A stretch of 64,000 nucleotides of DNA from Octopus sinensis (lineage: Eukaryota): contig NC_042998.1 in the NCBI RefSeq assembly GCF_006345805.1, positions 4,898,001 to 4,962,000 of the forward strand, written 5' to 3'. A program made the translations under genes and the position numbers. The stretch's first letter is position 1, and each line of letters begins with the position of its first letter. Below the pieces are notes generated by a model, which saw only the letters and a list, made by a program, of their open reading frames with translations, had not been told where the DNA came from and did no database searches. Shown here in pieces: positions 49,453 through 64,000 of the stretch.

Positions 49453-50579
49453 GAGTGATTACATGATTATAATTGCCAGTCTTGCTTTTTCATGAAATGT
49501 TGGTGTATATAATGTCTAATATCCTTTTAGTACTGAAAATTACATTTACGCCATTCATAATGAGACTGATGGGATTGTTTCTTGTGATATACATTGATTT
49601 CAAAATAGCACCGTATTATTTTAGCCAATTTACAAAATTAAGTGCAACTTTTTTAATAAATAGACAAAATAAATTTAATTGGTTTGCGACAACGAATTAA
49701 TATCACTATGGAGACAATTAATAACGATCATCAGACAAGCGATAAATACATGCATCGTATCCAGTGTGTAATTAATCATATTTTACTCATCAGCATTCAA
49801 ACTGTTGCTTGTAATAACTAATATTTTCTATTAATAACATCAGCGGGTGTCAATTTTACAGTTGATGAATTGGCGGAGTTGCCAGAACGGGGGAATAGAA
49901 TGCATTTGGATATATATTCCGTCATTCTGCCTTCTGCATTCAAGTCTTCCAGAGGTCGAAACTGTCTCTCTGCTTACCGAGGCGGAGATCTATAACTTAT
50001 ATAGTAATCAACTACTAACGTTATTTGCTTTCTTTTCCACTTTCAATTTTATCTCTCTTCATCTTTCTCGGAACGGGTACATTGGGCCGTGAGAAGTGTT
50101 GTACAAGAAAATCCGCATCTTCAATTTTTCCAGACACAGTGAAGACTACATGTGATGCTGCAAAATTCTTTTTTATAGAAAATATATATTGCTGCTGAAA
50201 CCACCAAAGAACGCACTGGTTCAGTACAGCTCGTAACAACATAAATAAAATTATACTTCGTAATTTATCATGTTATATAACACTGCATATATGTATATAT
50301 ATATACAGCATATATTGCATATATATATATATATACATACATACATACACACACATATATATTCAAATGGAGTAGTTTTGGTGAAGCATTATGTAATATT
50401 ACTTTTAAAAGATTTGTGTAAAACCGGGACAATACAAGAACATAAATAGTAAACTGCAAAAAGAAGATAAATATTTATATTTTGTGGAACTATGGCCCAT
50501 TTTTCAGGTCTGTTGAAAAAGTGAGAAGCGGAAAAGTCGTGGGTCAGACGTGTGGAGGAGGACGGAAGAAGATGAAAAG

Positions 50580-50610
50580 CGCGTCATAGTGTTGCTATAG
50601 TAACCAATCT
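50580..50610. promoter_or_regulatory. Candidate promoter motif cluster: TGACGC half-site, palindromic RFX X-box, CCAAT
   Basis: GCGTCA 50581-50586, GTTGCT-AT-AGTAAC 50591-50604, and AACCAATC adjacent, within a GC-enriched unique island. Confidence 0.35.
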
Positions 50611-50863
50611 GTTCCATGTAGCACCTTCCTATTGTTTATGGCTGGTCCCTATTGAGAAGGTGGGTCTCAATGATTTTGAGATTGCCTTTGTTGCGTTGGG
50701 TGGGCCTCATGGTTACTTTAAAATTCTAGGTCTTGCACTTTTTTAAAGTGTTTTTTCTTATTGAAGTCATAGAAGATATTAACATATGCACACAGACTCA
50801 TTGTTTGCTAACAGCTTTGTTATTCTATATTATCAAAGCCAGACACATGTTATTCTATGTATA

Positions 50864-51274
50864 TCTCTTTTTACTCTTTTACTTGTTTCAGTCATTTGAG
50901 TGCGGTCATGCTGGAGCACCGCCTTTAGTCGAGCAAATCGACCCCGGGACTTATTCTTCGTAAGCCCAGTACTTATTCTATCGGTCTCTTTTGCCGAACC
51001 GCTAAGTGACGGGGACGTAAACACACCAGCATCGGTTGTCAAGCAATGCTAGGGGGACAAAGACAGACACACAAACATATACACACACATACATATATAT
51101 ATATACATATATACGACAGGCTTCTTTCAGTTTCTGTCTACCAAATCCACTCACAAGGCATTGGTCGGCCCGAGGCTATAGTAGAAGACACTTTCCGAAG
51201 GTGCCACGCAGTGGGACTGAACCCGGAACCATGTGGTTGGTAAACAAGCTACTTACCACACAGCCACTCCTGCG
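50864..51274 (-). mobile_element. SINE family A, full length
   Basis: Near-identical to the other family A copies. Confidence 0.9.
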
Positions 51275-52579
51275 TATATGTTCCACATACACATCTATTT
51301 CTCACTTTTACACACGTTCTCCCATACAGCATATCACTTCCTCTCTAGGATAGCATTTCTAACTGAACATTTAAATATCACTTGATATCTGGAGGAAATG
51401 TGCCCGTAGGAAGAGATTTAAAACGAGGTTAACTACAAAGAGATTTAAAACATGGCTAACTACAAGGAAATTTAAAACGAGTTAACTACACTAAAATACT
51501 GTTAATGACAAGTGGCAGCCATTAACCGAATGACCCGATAGACTTATATCTGCGTGTTGTTTCTCTTTCAGGAGTAGGCATGTTGGTTTTCATTGAGGAT
51601 GCACTAACTAAAATACTTAATTTAAGAAAGAAAGGATTTACAGCAGCATTCAAACGGATCCTAAGAGGAGAAACACTAGCCTAGAAACCAGAGGTAAAAA
51701 AATGGAATCAAGTATTTTTGATTCTATCTAGCGTGTCACATTATATTTAACCGAAGTACAATTCAGGAGAAACTCGAGGCATGTACTTCAACAGGAACAG
51801 GCTACAGAACTGGGTACTGGAATACAGCCCCGCTCCCAACAAAGAGGAAATTTCATGGACCTTTTAAGAAGAAATGGAAAATGCAGGATTCTTATGAAAT
51901 GCACAAAATTCAATATTATGTGAAGTAATATGACGAACATGGTGTGGATATTGAAGATGGTAGTAGTAGTAGTAGTAGTAGGAGGAGGAGGAGGAGGGGG
52001 AGAAGGAGGAGGAGGAGGGGAAGGGGAAGGAGGAGGCGGAAGTGATTATAATAAAGCATAGTTGTTTCAAGAGAGGCAGTGATATACATAATGACGAAGC
52101 AGGGGAGAAAAATGTTAAATTGATGATGCAGAGGAAGAGAAGGAGAAAGATGAATATGGGAAGAGATGTCATATCAAAAAGGGAAAAAAGAAGCTGGTTA
52201 TTATCGTGACGATTGCGTTACTCATAATATGCAGTTTGTTCTGGGGATGTATATTTGAGAGTTTGGGAGAAACGAGGCATTATGTAACGCATCTCTATGT
52301 CCAATTAAACTAAGTTGATAATTTCCATATCATTATTTTCATAGTTCACAAAAGCGAGTGTTTTATTGAATTATGTTCCAATAGTCGAAACACGGAAAGA
52401 AAAGAACGGCAATCAAAACAACTTGTTATGAATATTTTGCAGGATGATCCGCACATTATGTTGCATGATCTTAATCCTGTTGCTGGAAACTATTCATTTA
52501 CAAACATTATGCTTCACACAAGGAAAACACTTGTCTATTATATCACATCATTTTCGTACTACATATATTCGGAAGCGGA

Positions 52580-52611
<32 letters not shown>

Positions 52612-52996
52612 CAATCCATCGATAAGCATAACGATAAATAAATGCAAGCCACTGGTAATCTCATAGCTAACTTATTCTGTGAACTTACATTGATTCCATG
52701 GGAAAGATAGATTTTGCCTATTTTAATGCACCTGACAAAACAATGATTCATAATCCGTTTCACCACAAACGCCGCAATCGAGTTTACTAAAGAAGACAGT
52801 TGATCAGATACAAATATGTATCTCTATAATGCAGATATTTCATGCTTGAATTTTAATTCTTCACGTATCTAACAAACATTTTTATTATTCTATCATATAT
52901 TACTATACAAAAGTTGTGAGTGCTGTTAGATGCAATGCTATATTTCCAGTTTTCGACCCTATCAAAAGAATTAGCTCTATCTTGAAGCGTCTGTAT

Positions 52997-53402
52997 TACT
53001 CTCTTTTACTTGTTTCAGTCATTTGACTGCGGCCATGCTGGAGCACCGCCTTTAGTCGAGCAAATCGACCCCGGGACTTATTCTTTGTAAGCCCAGTACT
53101 TATTCTATCGGTCTCTTTTGCCGAACCGCTAATTGACGGGGAGGTAAACACACCAGCATCGGTTGTCAAGCAATGCTAGGGGGACAAACACAGACACACA
53201 AACACACGCACACATACATATATATATATACATATATACGACAGGCTTCTTTCAGTTTCCGTCTACCAAATCCATTCACAAGGCATTGGTCGGCCCGGGG
53301 CTATAGCAGAAGACACTTGCCCAAGATGCCACGCAGTGGGACTGAACCCGGAACCATGTGGTTGGTAAGAAAGCTACTTACCACACAGCCACTCCTGCGC
53401 CT
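52997..53402 (-). mobile_element. SINE family A, full length
   Basis: Near-identical to the other family A copies. Confidence 0.9.
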
Positions 53403-53853
53403 ATTGTCACTCAATTTACTAAAGATGTGAGCTATATCGGCAATGAATCACGTTAAAATGTGAGGGCACTTTCAGTAATGTAAATCCAGATTCACTATAG
53501 GAAAATGCATTTTGTTTCATTCGAAAAAATGAGAGGAGATAAATTGGTGGGGAGGAAAAGTTTCTTATAAGCTAGACATATTTCATTTGGATGTTTGGTT
53601 CACAGTCGCGAAGTCACTTGTTCAATTCGCTCAGCAGTTGCTACCTTGTATCCTTCAACAAGGTACTTCGCTTCACGCTGACCATGTCTATTCAGCTGTA
53701 GACTAGGACACGTTGGGAGCTGATACAGACATCTCACTCCCCAGATGTCATATCCTAGATGTTCCTCGGCGTTGTAGGTGAGAGCGTCTTCAGGTGTATA
53801 AGTCGGCTGGCACCTACATAGACACATAAAACATTTAGCGAAAGCGAGGTATA

Positions 53854-54246
53854 TCTTTATATATAAAAGTAAGGTTGTGTGCTGTCTGTCTCCTACGATT
53901 TAGATTCCTAACTACTCCCACATTTTGCGGTGCAGTTTAACCAAAACCGGGTATCTTAGTCGTGATTCATATCAAATCCTTCTGGGTATTAGCGCGCGTC
54001 TACGATGAGTCTACGATTTAAAAAAAAATTACCATAAATTTTTCCCATTTTTAATGTATTTTTGGCATATACAAGGGAAGTAACTCTCTAAAAATGTATT
54101 ATTAAATCTCAGAACGTAAAAAGCTACAGTAACCCACCCCCTTTGTGGTTAGCCATATTGAGATGGCTATTATACTTTACATCTCTAAAAATGCTTATAT
54201 AGTTATTTCCCTTACAAACCCGAGCAACGCCGGGCGATACTGCTTG
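53854..54246 (+). mobile_element. Non-autonomous Helitron-like element
   Basis: 5' A|TCTTTATATATAAAA; 3' hairpin CCCGAGCAACGCCGGG (54219-54234) then CGATACTGCTTG|T. Confidence 0.7.
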
Positions 54247-54414
54247 TGGTATATACATGAGTGATGGCTGGCTGCAAAATACTCTTCTATTATATTCCTC
54301 CTAGTATGTTTGTATATTATTCACCATGTATCCATAGTTGCTTTGTATGGCAACTGCTCTAAATATTATATCTGCGTGAATGAAAAATATGAGACCACCA
54401 CTCGCAACTAATAT

Positions 54415-54446
<32 letters not shown>

Positions 54447-55771
54447 TCATCGTTGTCGTCATCGTCGTTATTATTGCTTAATCATTATTGTCATACTTAT
54501 TTCTGCAATTGTTTTGGCACTCCTCGATTTTTGCTCAGAATGAGCATCTGCACACGCAACATGTTGTCATTAATCTTTATTTATTCAGCTAAATCATAAA
54601 GCTAATGCATTTGTTAACTGTATGTGTGACCAACGACTGTAAACCTTTCAATATCTTCATGTTTTTACAATGTTTGTATCTTCGTATTTTTTATGGTGTT
54701 TTTCCCTTGATGATGTTTGGACTTAAGCAAATCTTTTAAATAAACTCCATGTGTAATATAAAGAAGAAAACAGAAGCCAGAAGGATAGTATATATATAAT
54801 ATTATTACATAAGATTTATTCAAAGGTAAATACTTTGTTTTGAATAGCAAAGAGAGGATTTACACATAGGTAAATAACTTTTTTTTTTGTGAATACCAAA
54901 TAGTAAGGCTACGACTGCAGAACAACAAAATTAGTTAATTCTGCAATTAATAGTTTTACGTAACGTTAGTATTATAAAACCACGACAAAGAACATACAAA
55001 TCAGAAAACACAGAAGATGCTGGCTTTAATAAGATTGGCGTACATTCAGATTTATAAGTATACTTCAACTGTGTAGGAACAACTTAAAACACATAATGAA
55101 TCATTAACGAACATATTCCGTTCACGCATTTATATTAAGATTATTATTCTTAGTATAATTATATTCCAAAAACTTTGACAATAATAACAATAATAAATTC
55201 AACTAATATATAACGGTTTCAAATTTTGACTCAATGCCACGCAACTAATATAATATCAATAACTAGTTAAGTATTAACTAATACTGAATTAACTAGCAAC
55301 TAGACTAGAATTAATAACTGTATGATTGCTGGAGGGGAAATCAATATTGATTTCCCAGAACGAAATTCTGGTTAGCCCGAAAAACACAAAAACCTAAAGA
55401 TTTTTCTCGACAACTAGCAAATTATTACGTCTTTACTGTACAACAGACAAGCTATTTCTTTCGAAATATAAAACATCTTACGAAAACTAAAAAGGCTACT
55501 GTAAAAATGTGTTATTCTCTAAACAGCAGGTATATATAGATAAAGCAGCTCCAATACTAACACGGCACATCAAAAAGGGAACGGATATTGCAGGACAAAC
55601 ATAAGATTATAAAGGGAAAGAAAGATCACAAGTCTAACATGGAATCATGCAAAAAGAAAATAATAATAAAAAAAAACAATAACAGTTTTTTCCACATAAA
55701 GAAACAATAATGAATAAACTAGAACATTAATTCAGTCACCATTAATTCAGAGACTAAAGAAAAAATGTTGG

Positions 55772-56183
55772 ATCTTTTCGGTTTGAACGGCAGTTTTTTT
55801 TCTAGCGGTGTCATATGAAATTGTCACCAATAATTATGACCCTAGTATCGATCTATTGCATTTCAATCTCTTTTAGGGTTAGGGTTAGGGGTGGGGAAGG
55901 GTATCTTTTTTTCTTCACAAATGTAAATAAACCCAATCTGTTTCTTAAACGAGGGACATAGTCATATGGCACAGAATGCTTTTTAACTCAATAGACGTCA
56001 CTGATTGGTTGAAATTGCAGATATTGAAGAAAAAAAACAACAAATATCTTACAAACTATAGAATTTTCTCAATAAAGCCAACAGAAAAAGATGTTTTATA
56101 AACACATTCTACCAGTATACGAAGTTTAAAATTTTTAGTTACCTAGAAATTATGTTAAAAACTACCGTTCAAACCGAAAAGAT
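55772..56183. mobile_element. MITE with 26-bp terminal inverted repeats and an internal TTAGGG run
   Basis: ATCTTTTCGGTTTGAACGGCAGTTTT / AAAACTACCGTTCAAACCGAAAAGAT (1 mismatch). No clear TSD. Confidence 0.8.
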
Positions 56184-56498
56184 TAAAAATTTTTAATCGG
56201 TCTACGGTCTACAAGACGTATAGTGAAAGAGAAATTCAAAATAAAGACAAAATTAAAATGAAAATGGCTTTTAAAATATACCAAAGAGAATTGTAGAGGA
56301 AAAACACTCCATGGCTAATAATTTAAAATACGCACCGAAGACAAAGTGAATCAAAGAGATAGCTAAGAAAGACTAGCAGTCGCAGACACTAAGGAGAGTT
56401 ACAAATGGCACTGTCCATGATCAGTGTCTAGTCATATAAAACGAGTAAAATATGTGGCTTAGAAACGAAGATGATGAAACTTTTGCAACATTATAATC

Positions 56499-56664
56499 AG
56501 GCGCAGGAGTGGCTGTGTGGTAAGTAGCTTGCTAACCAACCACATGGTTCCGGGTTCAGTGCCACTGCGTGGCATCTTGGGCAAGTGTCTTCTGCTATAG
56601 CGCCGGGCCGACCAATGCCTTGTGAGTGGATTTGGTAGACGGAAAGTGAAAGAAGCCTGTCGTA

Positions 56665-56715
<51 letters not shown>

Positions 56716-56933
56716 ATGTGTGTTTGTGTCTGTGGTTGGTCCCCTAGCATTGCCTGACAACCGATGCTGGTGTGTTTGCGTCCCCGTCACTTAGCGGTTC
56801 GGCAAAAGGAGACCGATAGAATAAGTACTGGGCTTACAAAGAATAAGTCCCGGGGTCGATTTGCTCGACTAAAGGCGGTGCTCCAGCATGGCCGCAGTCA
56901 AATGACTGAAACAAGTAAATGAGTAAAAGAGTA
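56499..56933 (+). mobile_element. SINE family A, full length
   Basis: Head, core, internal (TA)n and tail. Confidence 0.9.
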
Positions 56934-57204
56934 GATCAGTAACAGAATTTATATCGTTATATCTGGCGGTCTAATCTTTGAAAATTACGTTTTATCTACA
57001 AACAAAATTGAAAGATTAGTTGTGTCTCTTTGTGAAATTTTGAGACCTCGACTGGAAAATGGAGAAGTGTTATAAGCAAGTATGAAGCACTGGTATTTAG
57101 AGATGATGGGGTTCAGTTATCTGAAGCGTGATTATTTAGAATTCCCGACGTATAATTGTCAAGGACGAGAACGGAAGTTTCTATAAATATTTTGATCTCT
57201 TCTT

Positions 57205-57780
57205 ATTTCTTTATTGCCCGCAAGGGGCAAAATATAGAGGGGACAAACAAAGGGATTAAGTCGATTGCGTAACTGGTACTTAATTTATCGACCCTGAATG
57301 GATGAAAGACAAAGTCGACCTCGGCGGAATTTGAACTCAGAACGCAGCGGCAAACGAAATTCTTATCTCTTTACTACCCACAAGGGGCTAAACACAGAGA
57401 GGACAAACAAGGACAGACGAAAGGATTAAGTCGATTATATCGACCCCAGTACATAACTGGTCCTTAATTTATCGACCCCGAAAGGATGAAAGACAAAGTC
57501 GACCTCGGCGGTATTTGAACTCAGAACGCAGCGGCAAACGAAATTCTTATTTCTTTACTACCCACAAGGGGCTAAACACAGAGAGGACAAACAAGGACAG
57601 ACGAAAGGATTAAGTCGATTATATCGACCCCAGTACGTAACTGGTCTTTAATTTATCGACCCCGAAAGTATGAAAGACAAAGTCGACCTCGGCGGAATTT
57701 GAACTCAGAACGTAACGGCAGACGAAATACTGCTAAACATTTCGCCCGGCGTGCTAACGATTCTGCCAGCTCGCCGCCTT
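57205..57780 (-). mobile_element. SINE family B head-to-tail trimer (184-bp period)
   Basis: GACCTCGGCGG at 57317, 57501 and 57685. Only the last unit has the full head. Confidence 0.88.
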
Positions 57781-58045
57781 ATATCTTGATCTCTTCTGAT
57801 AAATATCTTGATCTCTTCCAAGCAGAAGAATTTGACTAGCAATCACAGAATACTGACCTTGAAAAAGAAACCCCTCTACACATACAACATAAAGCCTACA
57901 CGTAATGGACACTCGTCACAATATGCCGGCAAAATACTTTTGTACATGCATACATACATACATACATACACAAATTTTATTATGGACGCGAAACCCTGGG
58001 TAACCATACGAATCAGCCATAATTAACATTCCCTCTCTCTCTCCC

Positions 58046-59800
<1,755 letters not shown>

Positions 59801-59808
59801 ATGTATAT

Positions 59809-59889
<81 letters not shown>

Positions 59890-59890
59890 G

Positions 59891-59923
<33 letters not shown>

Positions 59924-60274
59924 TGTATGTATGTATAGTTCTGATGTTTTGCTCCTACTTGCCTATTAATTCCTAGGCAGCGTTTACTTTTTAATGCAGT
60001 TAGCAACACTGGACTAAATGCTGCTGCCAAGGTGTCCAAACCATTATGATATCTGTTACAGAACTGGTGGCGTATGCATACATTTCCTCCCGTGAAGTTC
60101 TAAATTTCATAGTGTTAATCTTGTCTAGGCTTTCATGACTTAAGCTGATTTTGTTGTATATATTACAACATAAATTGATATTCAGTGACTGCCCTTCATA
60201 TGGATTTTACTTCTAGTAAGGATATAGCTTAAGGTGGTATTGTTGTACACACACACACACACACTTACACACCT

Positions 60275-60323
<49 letters not shown>

Positions 60324-61306
60324 TATATATACATATATACAGAGTTTTTGTCAAGTATATGCGTCTCCATACAATAAGTCATCAAATTGCTGGAGATGGT
60401 TTTGGTTCGTAAAATTTGTAGAAAATATACCTGCCTATCAATAAAGTCTACGTAAAAGAAGTGGGAAAGGAAAATAAATTCAATAGCAAATAAATTCAAT
60501 GACTGAATTATGACAATGAAACAATTCACGAATCAATTTGAAATAATATTCATGTATCTGAAGGCAAGTGTATTCTGTGAGGTATTTAGCTGTAGATGTT
60601 CAGTTTTAAATAACTAAATTTACATATAATTATATTAAAGACTATACTCATATTTTCACATTTATATGAAAATTGTTGTATCAAGAAAAACAGTTGGACC
60701 GCAAGCATAATTTGTAATCTCGTATTATGATATATATGTTGCCTTTAACTATTAAAAGAAAAATGCAAAAGAGTAAGATTTGCAGTTCTTAAATTACATA
60801 TACCACCCCTAAATTAAGCTAAGTAATTATCAGTCAACACTAGAAACATTACGCGTTAGGTAACCAGCGACATCTCTTTAAAATGACCACATACCGGCTT
60901 AAGAAAAGGAATATGCTCTGTAGGTGGGGATATGTAATTTGAAAGCCCTTAAATAATGGTCTGTTTGATAAGAATTTAGCCAACATCCCTTGTTGACAAT
61001 TTTACACTGGGGACATAAAATTCTTCGATTAACCTCAAACGATGGATTGACGTTCCATTAGAAAACAGCAGACATCGTCAATTGATATGCTACCATATGT
61101 AATGCTTGTAAATTAAAATCACCCTTTGACACTCAGTGAACTAAACTAAGCAAGTGGTATTTTAGTATCAGTTCGACTTTCGGTCTTCGCATTAAATTCA
61201 GAAGAATTGCGAAATTTTAAATTATCCTTAATTATGTTAAACACTTCTACTTATAAGTAATAACGACTTAATTATCTTTCTAAAGTACTTTATGATTAAT
61301 TCAAAT

Positions 61307-61478
61307 AAGGCAGCTGGTTGGTAGAAACGTTAATGCGCCGGACAGTAATGCTTAAATATATTTATTCCGGCTTTAGGTTCAGTTTTCATCCTTTCGAGGT
61401 AGTAAAATGAGTAGAGTTATGATGTCGATGTTATCGACTAACCACTCTCTCCAAAATTACAGGTCTTGTAATAGCAAG
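61307..61478 (+). mobile_element. Old diverged SINE family B-like copy; a deleted fragment lies at 61690-61762 (-)
   Basis: AAGGCAGCTGG..GGTAGAAACGTTA head and TTTCATCCTTTCGAGGT..AAAATGAGTA core. Confidence 0.55.
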
Positions 61479-63013
61479 AATTACTTAAATGATGTCAGTT
61501 CAAGAAGCATCTCGTCAATTTTCTTTAGAACATAAGAGTAATATATGTAAACATATATCTTATGGACTCTCCAGTAGTTAAACAATGGATGAGGGTTCCG
61601 CAGTTGAACAACACACGTGATTTGCTTTGATAGGGAATGTCTGTTTATATATGTGTATATGAATATCGAACAGTGATGCTGCAAATAGATACCTATTTCT
61701 TTACTACTCACAAGAGGCTAAACACGCCCGGCGTGCTAACGATTCTGACAGCTCGCCGCCTTGCTGTAAATAGATACCGTAACGTATCCCGTTTAATAGT
61801 ATAGCAACAGTAAAATATTATCTGCCCTTTTCAGTTAGATATTATGAAAGAAACGGTTTGAAAATTGAATCAGTTTAGTAAAGCCGGTATTCAGCTTTTA
61901 AACAAATTACAATCCTTCTGCAAATTAGTGGTCCGATATTATTCAAGAATAAGTATTAGGACTAATTTCCAAATGATGAAGGTGAAAATTATAGGGCTGT
62001 TAATTTTCTTAACGCAAGTAATTAAACGCACACGTAGTTTAACTATATACGTCGTCATCTGAAATTGTGGATACTTTTGAATATAGAAATCAATTATATC
62101 TGTCAATATCCAATCAAGTCAGCTTGGAACTAAACAACTGAATTTTGCAGCACCGTTATCTCTGCTTGTTGGCATGAGAAACTGATATCAATGGATATAA
62201 TTTTAAATGAGATTAATTAACCTGTGCATGAGTGAAATACTTGTTGAATTTGTAGTATGACTTTTATGGCTTTGTTGTTCAAAGGCCAAAATGAAACCAT
62301 GTATATTTAGTTCATATTTCGGAACAGCAATATTTATAGAATTCATTACATCAAAAGATGTTTCATAATACAGACCCTCAATGCTTGAATATAATTAAAT
62401 AAAGTAATATTATCAACTCTCCTTATTTCAAACCAAATTGATGAAATATTTTGTGCAACATATGAACGACATTGACAAGTTTCCAGATAATTGGTAAGGC
62501 TAAAAATATGAGTCCAAAATTATAATTAGTTTCCGCTGGAGGATGTTTATGAAAGTAAGTTTAGGAAAAATTTTACAGAAACAAAATTTTATAGAACGAA
62601 ACATATGCGGAAAATTTGTTGTAATTTAAAAAAAAAATGTTTTCGGTTTCTTATATATAAAGTCTGTTGTTTGGTTTTCACAGAAAAAAAAAAGAGAAGA
62701 AAAAATCGCGTATGCCTCAAAGAATTTTTGTTTTGTTATGTCAAAGTGCGCAAAGCTCTGAGCAACATGTCTGCACTCTTTGACTATAAAAGAAACAACA
62801 ACAAATAAAATGTCTATGAGGACAAATAAACCAGACAAAGAAAGAAACAAACTGTCTGGGTTATGGATGTTGCATTACACACCCATACACACATGCATGA
62901 ATGTGTTGATGTATGTGTATGCTTTCATATGCGTAGACATAAATACATATAAACATTATTTACATATGTAACTAGATATGATATGTTCATGTGTTACATA
63001 TGTGTGCGTATGT

Positions 63014-63071
<58 letters not shown>

Positions 63072-63281
63072 TATATATTATATATATATATAATGAATGT
63101 ACGCTTATTATAAAGAATTTATTATAAAGAAAAAAAGGAAAAAGAAAAACTACATCATACACAAAGTACCTTCTTTTCTTTAAGCTGAAAATTACTTCGA
63201 GTTTCAAGCATTAAAACTATCCTTTAGCCACACACACACAAACACACTTGCATACATACCCAAATATATATGTGCATATAT

Positions 63282-63331
<50 letters not shown>

Positions 63332-63473
63332 CACAATCACAATCTTTTATTGTTAAATTCGTCTAGTTGCTTTTGTTGTTATAGTTGTTGTTGCTGCTGC
63401 TGTTGTTGTTATTATTATTATTATTATTATCATCATTATCATTATTATCATTATCATTATTATTATTATTATT

Positions 63474-63922
63474 CAGTAGTTTTATTTTTATAGCGTGCTT
63501 TCACTTCACTACCGAGCGCAGCTCTGTGTGCCTTGGGTATGTGCTGTGATTTGTTGTGATGCTCTGATGGTTATTGTATGGAAAGTGTTCTGCGTAGGAT
63601 GTGTGCAGTGCCTAGTAGTGCAATTTTCTGTATGTTATATGTGTTTGTAAGTCCTGGTGTTTTTGTTATGTATTTGTCTGAATATTTTTTTATCATGCCT
63701 AATGCACCTATTATGATAGGAATTGTTTCTGTTTTCAGGTTCCACATTCTAGTTACCTCTATTTCCAGGTCTTTGTATTTTGAGAGTTTCTCCATTTCTT
63801 TTAGAGACACGTTATCATCTGCCGGTATTGATACATCAATTAGAAAGCATTTTTTTCTTCATGATCTCTGACAACTATATCTGGTCTGTTGGCCTTAATT
63901 TCTCTATCTGTGTGTATCGGCA

Positions 63923-63923
<1 letters not shown>
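63474..63923 (-). mobile_element. 5'-truncated Dong-like RLE fragment (endonuclease C-terminus and 3' UTR) in (TAA)n
   Basis: IHTDREIKANRPDIVV..LIDVSIP..LSKYKDLEIEV..GTAHILRRTLSIQ* with one homopolymer frameshift. (TAA)n-rich sequence at both junctions. Confidence 0.88.

Positions 63924-64000
<77 letters not shown>

Noticed and set aside
49975-49990. AG|ATCTCCGCCTCG|GTAAGC microexon-like string (minus strand)
   Set aside because: There is no polypyrimidine tract or other support, and such a string is expected by chance.
55335-55356. Perfect 22-bp palindrome GGGAAATCAATATTGATTTCCC
   Set aside because: The context resembles a CpG-decayed SINE B tail hairpin (AGTCGATT..ATCGACCCCAG), so I have no evidence for an independent function.
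55872-55892. TTAGGG run as an interstitial telomere
   Set aside because: It has only about 3 units and lies inside a MITE.
59950-60200. Possible ancient LINE endonuclease fragment
   Set aside because: No motif was convincing enough by eye.

Overview
This is AT-rich, microsatellite-saturated animal genomic DNA. The SINE and LINE families look like those of octopus/cephalopods, which is an inference from recalled repeat sequences and was not searched. I can support no intact host gene, rRNA, true tRNA gene or CRISPR array, and most listed ORFs are translations of (TA)n, (CA)n or (TAA)n repeats. The window is mostly mobile-element debris: several tRNA-derived SINE families, decayed LINEs (CR1, RTE, RTE-X, Tx1/L1-like, R4/Dong-like RLE), a Penelope-like (GIY-YIG) remnant, a mariner fragment, Helitron-like elements and a MITE. 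The main result is a hammerhead-ribozyme (HHR) system. Three unrelated tandem arrays (units about 493, 491 and 558 bp; 4.9-7.6 kb, 40.7-43.4 kb, 58.2-59.8 kb) each carry one type I HHR motif per unit with a palindromic stem III, which makes them non-LTR retrozyme-like. All three lie inside (TA)n tracts and share an ACCCT...AATT terminal signature, and two have a head-to-head inverted architecture. Also present are a tRNA-headed SINE-like family carrying a minimal HHR, a recurrent CCGANGA (U4C) core variant in several families including next to the Penelope-like ORF, and four co-oriented elements stacked in one (TAA)n tract at 45.2-49.1 kb.
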